From positions 1,140,001 to 1,172,000 of the forward strand of contig NC_007205.1 in assembly GCF_000012345.1 (NCBI RefSeq): 32,000 bases of DNA, in the 5' to 3' direction. This document shows positions 25,696 to 32,000 of this stretch, piece after piece; within the stretch, counting starts at the first letter, position 1; each line of letters starts with the position of its first letter. The notes beneath the pieces were generated by a model. It was not told the origin of the DNA and did no database searches. It saw only the letters and a program-made list of their open reading frames with translations. This DNA is from Candidatus Pelagibacter ubique HTCC1062. Lineage in GTDB: Bacteria > Pseudomonadota > Alphaproteobacteria > Pelagibacterales > Pelagibacteraceae. Position numbers and translations under genes: made by a program.

Positions 25696-26454
25696 ATGAA
25701 AAAAATTAAAAATGGTTTTACCTTAATTGAATTATTAGTGGTAGTTGCCATCATTGGTATTCTTGCAAGTGTAGGTATTGTTAGTTTTCAAGGTTACACT
25801 AAAATGGCAAAGAACAGGGTGCTTGTTGCAAATTGGAAAACAATTTCAAAAGTAATTGAGTTAGAATTAGCTGCTGCAAACAATGGTCTTGATAGTTTTA
25901 TTGCAGAATATGATGAAGATGGAAATATGGTTAGTGAAAAAATGGATGGAAATACAACTTGTAATAATTTTGCATTTTCAGTCCAACAACATTTTAGTCA
26001 TTTTAAAAACCCATACAATCTAGAATGGGAGTCTGTAACAGTTGATACATTAGCGCAATCACAACATAGGAAAGGACAAATTCAATTAGTGTGCTATTCA
26101 CATTTTGCAAGTTTCGGTGACGGTGGAGGATGTCCTATTTCATCTGATGCATGTAGATTGTTGTTGATTGCTTATAAAGAAGATAGAGGACGATGGAATA
26201 CACCTGATGGAAAGTGTGATAATACAATTGTTTCAACCACTGGTGATGGCTGGCAACGTAATAAGAGAGAATTTGTAAATGATTGTTATAATCAAATACT
26301 TGTAGGTGGAGACCAAAGAGAAAGTCAAGCTCAAGCACAATCTGATTGTGGTTGGGATTCAAGTATCCATGGCTCTTGGGCAGTAAATCAAAATAGTATC
26401 AGAGATGAAGCAGGTGGAAAATGTTCAGGTTCAAGTGGAACACCTTGTTCTTAA
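25696..26454 (+). CDS. Type IV pilin-like protein, paralogue 2 (Cys-rich C-terminal domain)
   Basis: MKKIKNG/FTLIELLVVVAIIGILASVGIVSFQGY has a prepilin leader and methylation motif. The unique 200-aa C-terminal domain has 9 Cys. The gene starts 3 nt after the phosphatase stop. Confidence 0.85.
   Translation: MKKIKNGFTLIELLVVVAIIGILASVGIVSFQGYTKMAKNRVLVANWKTISKVIELELAAANNGLDSFIAEYDEDGNMVSEKMDGNTTCNNFAFSVQQHFSHFKNPYNLEWESVTVDTLAQSQHRKGQIQLVCYSHFASFGDGGGCPISSDACRLLLIAYKEDRGRWNTPDGKCDNTIVSTTGDGWQRNKREFVNDCYNQILVGGDQRESQAQAQSDCGWDSSIHGSWAVNQNSIRDEAGGKCSGSSGTPCS
25714..25761 (+). repeat. 48-nt block identical between the two pilin genes (copy 2)
   Basis: 48/48 identity with 23645..23692. Confidence 0.9.
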
Positions 26455-26502
26455 ATTTTTAATTAATCTGTTATCTAACACGTGCTTCTCACTTGTTATT
26501 TC

Positions 26503-26553
26503 TTCTTCTAGATAACGCAATGACCAATTCTCATTGGAGCATGAGTGGAGCAA
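26503..26553 (+). repeat. Repeat module R3 (51 nt) downstream of pilin 2 and 42 nt from the tRNA 3' end
   Basis: 50/51 identical to R2, with TGGAGCA at 26535..26541 and 26546..26552. Confidence 0.9.
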
Positions 26554-26595
26554 TTAATATTTGAAAATGTTCAACCTTAAATAAGGCTTGTTAAT

Positions 26596-26672
26596 TGGTA
26601 GCGGGAAGTGGAATCGAACCACTGACCTCAGGCTTATGAGTCCTGCGCTCTAACCGACTGAGCTACCCCGCC
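26596..26672 (-). tRNA. tRNA with CAU anticodon (elongator Met by default; Ile2/lysidine identity cannot be excluded), CCA encoded
   Basis: Minus-strand sequence GGCGGGG-TA-GCTC-AGTCGGTTA-GAGC-G-CAGGA-CTCATAA-GCCTG-AGGTC-AGTGG-TTCGATT-CCACT-TCCCGCT-A-CCA folds into a 77-nt cloverleaf. The acceptor stem has two G-U pairs, and there is an A31/G39 mismatch at the loop-proximal end of the anticodon stem. It lacks initiator features (no C1-A72 mismatch, no three G-C pairs in the anticodon stem). Confidence 0.9.
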
Positions 26673-26736
26673 ACTTAATTCTTGATGATTTATAATAGGT
26701 TTTTAATTTAGATCAATCAACTTTTGATCAATATGA

Positions 26737-26964
26737 TTATTTTATAACCACTATAAAAGTTGAAAAAAGAGTTAATGCTAAAATTACTGAACTATAAAAA
26801 ACGATTTGTCTTTTAGTTTCGTTTTTCTTATCTATTTTTACTCGGTTCAATAATTTATTGATGTCTACAATTCTCTTTTGATCAATATACTGTACTGGAA
26901 TAGTTTTTTTATGAACTTTTTTTTCACTGGTATGTTTTCTGTCATGAAAATAAGTTTTTTGCAT
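26737..26964 (-). CDS. Small hypothetical protein with a basic N-terminus and a C-terminal TM anchor (75 aa)
   Basis: ORF fills the gap between the dehydrogenase gene and the tRNA. There is a clear hydrophobic C-terminal helix (IVFYSSVILALTLFSTFIVVI). No homology recognised and no obvious SD. Confidence 0.4.
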   Translation of the reverse strand: MQKTYFHDRKHTSEKKVHKKTIPVQYIDQKRIVDINKLLNRVKIDKKNETKRQIVFYSSVILALTLFSTFIVVIK

Positions 26965-27005
26965 GAGATTATTTAACCATCAATTATTAAACTCGGCAAC
27001 TAAAA

Positions 27006-29450
27006 TTATAACAATCTAGCACGTTTATCTTTTAGGGGAGCGATCTCTACTAGTGCTGGTAATTTCTGTTTAGCAACTTCAATATATAGGTTCATTTTTG
27101 AAAGTTCTTCATTTGAATGTATTGAGCTTACATATCCAAAAGACAAGTTTTTTTTATAATTAAAGGAATAATTGCCGGATGTTGTTCTCCCAATAATCTT
27201 ATCTTCTAGATAAATTGGCTCTTCATGTAGTAATAGAGGTGTGCCTGGCTTACTATCTTTAAGTGACAGTATAATAAATCTTCTATTTAGCTTTTGATCT
27301 TTTATTTTTAATAAGCTTTCTTTACCAATAAAATTGGTTTCTTTTTTATAGCTTATTGCAAAATTTAATCCTGCCTCGTATTGGTTTTCTTCAGGTGAAA
27401 TATCATGACCCCAATGTAAAAAACCACTTTCCATTCTCATAGTATCCATTGCATGAGAACCACAATGAGATAAATTATGATTTTTTCCCTCTTCAATAAT
27501 TAATTGATAAATTTCTTTAGCATCTTTATTTTCAATATAAAGTTCAAATCCTAACTCACCCACATAAGATAATCTTTGGGCCCAAATTTTTTTTGAACCA
27601 AGCGTTACAAATTTGCCATAACCAAATTTAAATGTTTCATTGCTAAAATCATCATTTGAAATTTTTGAAATTAAATTTCTACTTTTTGGTCCAAAAATTC
27701 CCAAACAAACAAGATCATCCGTAATATCTTTAAATTCTAAATTAGGTGATAAATGTTTTAAAATATGTGCTTTGTCGTGAGTTCTTGTTGCAGCTGAGCT
27801 TATTATTCTAAAATGATTTTTATCAATACAAATAACTGTTAAGTCTGTTTCAATTCCTCCACCCTCATTTAACATTTGGGTGTAAGTTGATCTTCCTATT
27901 TCATTTTTAATATTTGCTGTACATATTCTTTGTAATTCACTGTGTGCATTTTCTCCTTTTATTTCATATTTAGAAAAAGGAGAGAGTTCAAAAAGACCAA
28001 CATTGGTGATTGTATTTTTTGTTTCAAATTCAACTGAAGGGTACCAATTTTGATAATCAAAACTATATTTGTATTCTGCTTTTTCATTACTTTTTGCATA
28101 CCACATCGGTCTTTCGTATTCACCTGATACACCAAAGCATGCTCCCTCTTTTTTTAACTCTTCATGATAAGGTAAAAGTCTTTGATTTCTTGATGTGTTA
28201 TGTTGTTTATAGGGCCAGTGCATTCCATATAAATCACCAAGAGTTTCCGTTACCCTTTCCATAATAAATTTTTTAGATGAATGAAATTTTTGAAATCTTT
28301 TAATATCGAGTGAAAATAAATCTTCATTCATATATCCATTAATCATCCATTCAGCAGTAACTCTGCCCGCACCCCCAGAACTTGCGATCCCAATGCTATT
28401 AAATCCACAACACGTAAAAAGGTTATTCACTTCAGGAGTTTCTCCTAAAAGATATTGCGTGTCAGGGGTAAAAGATTCAGGCCCTGAAAAAAATTTTCTA
28501 ATTCCAGCAGTTTCTAACATGGGTAATCTTTGAAATGATTTTTCAAGATAAGGCTCAAAGTGATCAAAATCATCTGGAAACTCTCCAAAAGAAAAGTCCA
28601 GTGGCACCACTCCTTTGTCTTTAAATGCAGGTTTTGCATTAGGTTCAAATATTCCAACTAACATTTTCCCAGCATCTTCTTTTAAATAAAGACAGGAATT
28701 ATAGTCTCTCAAAACTGGTAAGTTTTTAGGTAATTTATCTAATGGTTCTGTGATTATGTAAAAGTGCTCATTTGGATATAATGGAATACTTACACCAATA
28801 TCTTCTCCAATTTGCCTCGACCACATCCCAGTTGCAATTACAACGTATTCACAATCAATTTTGCCAAATTTAGTTTGAACACCAACAATTTTTTTGTCTT
28901 TAACCAATATTTTTTCAACAGGAGTTTTCTCAAATATCTGAGCCCCTTCCATCTTTGCAGCTTTAGCTAATACATTAGTAACCCCTATAGGATCTGCCTG
29001 ACCATCTTCTGGCATATAAACTCCACCTAAAATGTCATCATCATTTATAACGGGATAGAGTTCTTTTATTCTTTGTTTATTAACGCTTTCAACATTAACA
29101 TCAAACAACTGCGCAGCTGTTGCTTGTCTTAATAATTCTTGTAATCTTTCGGGTGTACTTGCAACTGTGATTGCACCATTTTGTTTTAATCCAGTTGATA
29201 ATCCAGTTTTTTTTTCTAATTCTTTATAAAGATTTAAGGAATATTTTCTAAGCCGTGTAATAGTGGCTGATGCTCCTAATTGACCAACAAGTCCTGCTGC
29301 ATGCCAAGTAGTTCCTGAAGTAAGTTGATCTCTTTCTAATAATATAGTGTCTTTCCAACCGTATTTTGCAAGGTGATAAGCAACAGAACAGCCAGCAACA
29401 CCCCCTCCAATAACTACTACTTTAGCTGATTTTGGTAATACGGCTGACAT
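27006..29450 (-). CDS. Dimethylglycine/sarcosine dehydrogenase family (FAD oxidoreductase + GcvT-like folate-binding aminomethyltransferase domains)
   Basis: 814 aa. N-terminal FAD motif VVVIGGGVAGCSVAYHLAK and the HAAGLVGQL region. The C-terminal half has GcvT-type blocks (LSYVGELGFELY, MRMESGFLHWGHD). Confidence 0.9.
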   Translation of the reverse strand: MSAVLPKSAKVVVIGGGVAGCSVAYHLAKYGWKDTILLERDQLTSGTTWHAAGLVGQLGASATITRLRKYSLNLYKELEKKTGLSTGLKQNGAITVASTPERLQELLRQATAAQLFDVNVESVNKQRIKELYPVINDDDILGGVYMPEDGQADPIGVTNVLAKAAKMEGAQIFEKTPVEKILVKDKKIVGVQTKFGKIDCEYVVIATGMWSRQIGEDIGVSIPLYPNEHFYIITEPLDKLPKNLPVLRDYNSCLYLKEDAGKMLVGIFEPNAKPAFKDKGVVPLDFSFGEFPDDFDHFEPYLEKSFQRLPMLETAGIRKFFSGPESFTPDTQYLLGETPEVNNLFTCCGFNSIGIASSGGAGRVTAEWMINGYMNEDLFSLDIKRFQKFHSSKKFIMERVTETLGDLYGMHWPYKQHNTSRNQRLLPYHEELKKEGACFGVSGEYERPMWYAKSNEKAEYKYSFDYQNWYPSVEFETKNTITNVGLFELSPFSKYEIKGENAHSELQRICTANIKNEIGRSTYTQMLNEGGGIETDLTVICIDKNHFRIISSAATRTHDKAHILKHLSPNLEFKDITDDLVCLGIFGPKSRNLISKISNDDFSNETFKFGYGKFVTLGSKKIWAQRLSYVGELGFELYIENKDAKEIYQLIIEEGKNHNLSHCGSHAMDTMRMESGFLHWGHDISPEENQYEAGLNFAISYKKETNFIGKESLLKIKDQKLNRRFIILSLKDSKPGTPLLLHEEPIYLEDKIIGRTTSGNYSFNYKKNLSFGYVSSIHSNEELSKMNLYIEVAKQKLPALVEIAPLKDKRARLL

Positions 29451-29496
29451 TTATATTTAAACAATATTAAAATTTTTAAATACAAACAACTAAATC

Positions 29497-29940
29497 TTAA
29501 TGTTCAGCTCTAAATTTTGAGTGACAAGCTTTACAGCTACTCCACATATATTTTCCAAGAGTTGCCTTCATATCTTCTGCCCCATCAATGACAGACGTTA
29601 ACTCGATCATATTGCTTGAAGCTTTTGTCATTAATAAATTAAATTCATCTTTATTTTCCCAAATAGAAGGTAAAGCCTCTGTTTTAAATCCTACTTTTGA
29701 ATTTTCAGGAAAAAGATCAATTAATCTTTTATAATTATCGCTCATTTCAATCATTAGTTTTTTTGCTTCGTCTAAACTTCCATTAGAAGCAAGACCTTGG
29801 ACTCTTTTGGCAGTTTTGTAATTTTTACTAAAAATAGATTTTCTTTCTTTGATAATCTCTTCAACCGTTTGTTCTGAAAAAGCACTGAAGCTATAAAATA
29901 ATATAAATATAAAAAATAAAGTGTTTTTAATTAATGTCAT
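29497..29940 (-). CDS. Class II cytochrome c (cytochrome c'/c-556-like four-helix bundle)
   Basis: 147 aa with a signal peptide (LFFIFILFYSFSAFS). A single haem motif CKACH sits 10 residues from the C-terminus, which is the defining class II arrangement. Confidence 0.8.
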   Translation of the reverse strand: MTLIKNTLFFIFILFYSFSAFSEQTVEEIIKERKSIFSKNYKTAKRVQGLASNGSLDEAKKLMIEMSDNYKRLIDLFPENSKVGFKTEALPSIWENKDEFNLLMTKASSNMIELTSVIDGAEDMKATLGKYMWSSCKACHSKFRAEH

Positions 29941-29943
29941 AAT

Positions 29944-30486
29944 ATGTTTAATTTAAACATGTCTATATTTAACAACATATCAAAATATGGATTACTTGCC
30001 AAATTAATCCATTGGCTAACTGCCGCAGGATTACTAATTCAAATACCTTTGGGGTTTTATTTGGTTGATTTAGACTTTGATCAATTTAGGGTTGATATAG
30101 AAAATTATCATATATTATTTGGATTAATCCTATTTTACACAACTCTAATAAGGCTAACTTTTAAACTATTATCTCCTACACCAAATTTCAATGACAATGC
30201 TTTTCCTGGTCAAAAAGTTTTAGCAAAGTTAAACCACTTTTTTTTATATTTAGCTTTATTAACAATAACTATATCGGGTATTTTTAAGAAATTATTTAAT
30301 GGTGAAAGTTTAGTTATTTTTTTCAAAAAAGTTAATCTAACTTATAATTTTGAACTCTCAGAACAGTTTTATTCAATTCATGTATTAGCAAATTATGTAT
30401 TAATTGGATTAATTGCATTACATATTTTAGCAGTACTGTTTCATAAATTTTTATTAAGGGAAAATATTTTAAAGAGAATTTTATAA
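29944..30486 (+). CDS. Cytochrome b561 (CybB-like) membrane di-haem protein
   Basis: 180 aa, 4 TM. His residues are placed in the helices (LIHWLTA, YHILFG, IHVLAN, LHILAVLFHKF) as in the b561/Ni-hydrogenase b-type family. Confidence 0.75.
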   Translation: MFNLNMSIFNNISKYGLLAKLIHWLTAAGLLIQIPLGFYLVDLDFDQFRVDIENYHILFGLILFYTTLIRLTFKLLSPTPNFNDNAFPGQKVLAKLNHFFLYLALLTITISGIFKKLFNGESLVIFFKKVNLTYNFELSEQFYSIHVLANYVLIGLIALHILAVLFHKFLLRENILKRIL

Positions 30487-30489
30487 TTT

Positions 30490-31194
30490 TTAATTATCAA
30501 ATGCACATCTAAAACCAACATAGATTGCATAAAAGTTCGAGGGTTTATATTGAGCTCCATTAATACTGGTCTTTGAACCTCCATACCACCAGGAGGCCCC
30601 TGCTGTTAAAGAGTTATTTTTTTCCTGATCATCGACCCATTCCCACACATTACCACCCATTGCGACTAGCCCATTTATACCTTCTGGTAATGTTGTTACA
30701 TCAACATGCTTGTCATAATTTAATAAACCTTGGGAGTTCATTTCTTTAGCTATATCTCCACTAGGGTATCTATAAGTTTTATCTTTATCAAATTTATTGG
30801 ATGCAAATATTTGAGTGTAAGCTGCATAAGACCATTCCTCAAATGTAGGCAATCGGCCATTTATAAATTTGCAATAATTCTCAACTTCAAATCTACTTAG
30901 ATGAACAGCGGGCTCTAATTCACTATCAGGTTTTTTTCCATAAGGTGTTTTATAATTCCAATTATCACGTTTAACCCAACCAGCACCCCATTCGTAACCT
31001 CCACCATTTTTTTCAGCTTCTGTAATGACTTCGTTTTTAATTGTATAATTATTAAACTCCATAATTGTTACTTCATATTTATTTAGTGAAAATTTTCCAA
31101 AGTTAATTTTCTCATTTTCAAAACTAAATACTTTAATTGGTAAGATTAATATAAATATCGAGAAATACTTTATAGTTTTGTAAATATTATGCAT
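30490..31194 (-). CDS. Formylglycine-generating-enzyme (SUMF1/FGE-sulfatase) domain protein, secreted
   Basis: 234 aa with a signal-like N-terminus. RLPTFEEWSYAA and GGNVWEWVDD...YVGFRCA are FGE-domain signature blocks. Confidence 0.8.
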   Translation of the reverse strand: MHNIYKTIKYFSIFILILPIKVFSFENEKINFGKFSLNKYEVTIMEFNNYTIKNEVITEAEKNGGGYEWGAGWVKRDNWNYKTPYGKKPDSELEPAVHLSRFEVENYCKFINGRLPTFEEWSYAAYTQIFASNKFDKDKTYRYPSGDIAKEMNSQGLLNYDKHVDVTTLPEGINGLVAMGGNVWEWVDDQEKNNSLTAGASWWYGGSKTSINGAQYKPSNFYAIYVGFRCAFDN

Positions 31195-31883
31195 TTAAGC
31201 TTATCGTTGAATAAAATATTTTTTTTATAATTTAGATTAATCTCATTAATTCCGTTAGAAATTTGAAGTGAATTAAAATTTAATAAAGTAGATATATAGC
31301 GTTGTTTTATCATTTTTAAATATACGTTTTTCTTAATATTAACTTTAAAGTTAAAGCTAGCAGTACTTTTTTTTATATTAAGCTTAAGTAGTTTTTTCCA
31401 AATAAGACTATCTCTTTTAAAAGATTGGTTAAGTTTTTGTTTCATCAAGGAAAATGTGGGTATTTCATTATCTTTTGTATCTAAAGTTAAAATTAAAATA
31501 ATCCCTCCTACTTCTAAACTAGAGTATGCATAAGTTAAAATTTTCTTAATATCTTTTAGATTAAATAAATGAATAGTTTGTTTAATTAATATTAAATCAA
31601 ATTTCTTTTTATTATTTCCTAGATATTGAATTGCATTTATTTTTTTAAAACTAATTCTTTTGTCAAAATCTTTGTGATTTTCAATATCAAGTCCAACAGG
31701 CTTATTAATTAATTTGAGTTTAGAGGATAACGAACCCATTATCTTACCTCGGCCACAACCAATATCTAGAATTTTTGAGTATTTAGTTAGTTTTTTTTGC
31801 TTTAATAAAAAATTATTAAAGGACTGGATATATTTAGCTGATGAAATCCAAGTTTTATTATCCCAATTTTTTATACTTAACAT
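31170..31883 (-). CDS. Class I SAM-dependent methyltransferase
   Basis: 237 aa. Motif I is ILDIGCGRGKIMG, followed by a GLDIE acidic loop. The 3' end overlaps the FGE-like start by 25 nt. Confidence 0.75.
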   Translation of the reverse strand: MLSIKNWDNKTWISSAKYIQSFNNFLLKQKKLTKYSKILDIGCGRGKIMGSLSSKLKLINKPVGLDIENHKDFDKRISFKKINAIQYLGNNKKKFDLILIKQTIHLFNLKDIKKILTYAYSSLEVGGIILILTLDTKDNEIPTFSLMKQKLNQSFKRDSLIWKKLLKLNIKKSTASFNFKVNIKKNVYLKMIKQRYISTLLNFNSLQISNGINEINLNYKKNILFNDKLKCIIFTKL

Positions 31884-32000
31884 TACCTAATTTAAAACAT
31901 TTTAACTTATATTTAAATAAAGTATTAGTAACTCATGTTTAAAAAGTTGCATATATTTCTTGGCGCAACTGTTGCAGATGCAGCAGCCCGACCTTTGCAC

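Larger units (their letters stand above)
23196..26672. mobile_element. tRNA-Met-associated genomic islet (~3.35-kb cargo) bounded by a 53-nt direct repeat; no integrase
   Basis: An intact tRNA at one end and a 3' tRNA fragment in the same orientation at the other is the classic signature of site-specific integration into a tRNA 3' end. Cargo is two pilin-like genes, a truncated globin and a PP2C phosphatase. Confidence 0.6.

Noticed and set aside
26470-26516. 8-bp inverted repeat GTTATCTA/TAGATAAC linking the region after pilin 2 to the start of R3, as a possible terminator
   Set aside because: The arms are 31 nt apart, AT-rich and not followed by a T-tract. The equivalent position upstream of R2 has only a 7/8 imperfect match. 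This is not convincing as a structured element.
23312-26553. The R1/R2/R3 repeats as a CRISPR array
   Set aside because: There are only three copies, the spacers are about 0.9 and 2.2 kb and contain whole genes, no cas genes are present, and the repeat is not palindromic in the CRISPR manner.
23196-26672. Integrase, transposase or phage genes that would make the islet an autonomous element
   Set aside because: Every ORF of 60 codons or more in the interval is accounted for (two pilins, globin, PP2C, plus embedded antisense ORFs). None shows recombinase motifs, so I report the islet as non-autonomous rather than as an ICE, prophage or IS.
1037-28264. Short ORFs from the track that lie antisense or out of frame inside longer genes: 1037..1279+, 2121..2345+, 6479..6727+, 6950..7180+, 9432..9629-, 11472..11681+, 13456..13722+, 17781..17981+, 19003..19218+, 20535..20726+, 25065..25376-, 26135..26362-, 28010..28264+
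   Set aside because: Each is fully or mostly embedded in a longer ORF that has clear family motifs. Their translations are low-complexity (Leu/Ser/Ile/Pro-rich), as expected for antisense readings of AT-rich coding DNA. None has an independent signal.
31935-32000. Open frame starting at ATG 31935 on the plus strand (MFKKLHIFLGATVADAAARPLH...) that runs off the window
   Set aside because: Only 22 codons are visible and there is no recognisable motif. That is too short to call as a gene.

Overview
AT-rich, very gene-dense bacterial chromosome segment. Intergenic spacers are mostly under 50 nt and many start/stop codons overlap. Gene content and style fit a streamlined marine alphaproteobacterium (SAR11/Pelagibacterales-like); that assignment is inference only. 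About 80% of the window is ordinary core metabolism and transport: a GDH-family dehydrogenase fragment, SulP permease, HIT protein, TauE/SafE, dusA, rpoZ, MFS, a 3-hydroxyisobutyrate-dehydrogenase-family enzyme, a gamma-carbonic-anhydrase-like protein, a thioredoxin-fold protein, GT4 and GT9 glycosyltransferases, tctCBA, an opine/basic-amino-acid-type ABC importer, a fused AdoMet-decarboxylase/spermidine synthase, an MTA-nucleosidase-like enzyme, apt, a dimethylglycine/sarcosine-dehydrogenase-family enzyme, class II cytochrome c, cytochrome b561, an FGE-family protein and a methyltransferase. The accessory part is roughly 20.9-26.7 kb. The sequence shows that an ancestral convergent junction, apt stop codon / 1 nt / 3' end of tRNA-Met(CAU), was split by two adjacent insertions. 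(1) A ~2.2-kb cassette (TPR/Cys-motif protein plus sulfotransferase) lies between the live apt 3' end and a decayed relic copy of that end. (2) A ~3.35-kb islet is bounded by the intact tRNA and a 53-nt perfect direct repeat of its 3' part. The islet has no integrase or transposase. It carries two divergent type IV pilin-like genes, a truncated haemoglobin and a SpoIIE/PP2C phosphatase. It also carries three copies of a conserved non-coding module containing 11-nt-phased TGGAGCA direct repeats. The two pilin genes share a 48-nt perfectly identical 5' coding block, and each is followed by the conserved module, which gives a cassette-like architecture. The globin-PP2C-pilin operon is the best candidate for an undescribed system here. 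All functional calls rest on my reading of motifs in the translations; no database search was possible.
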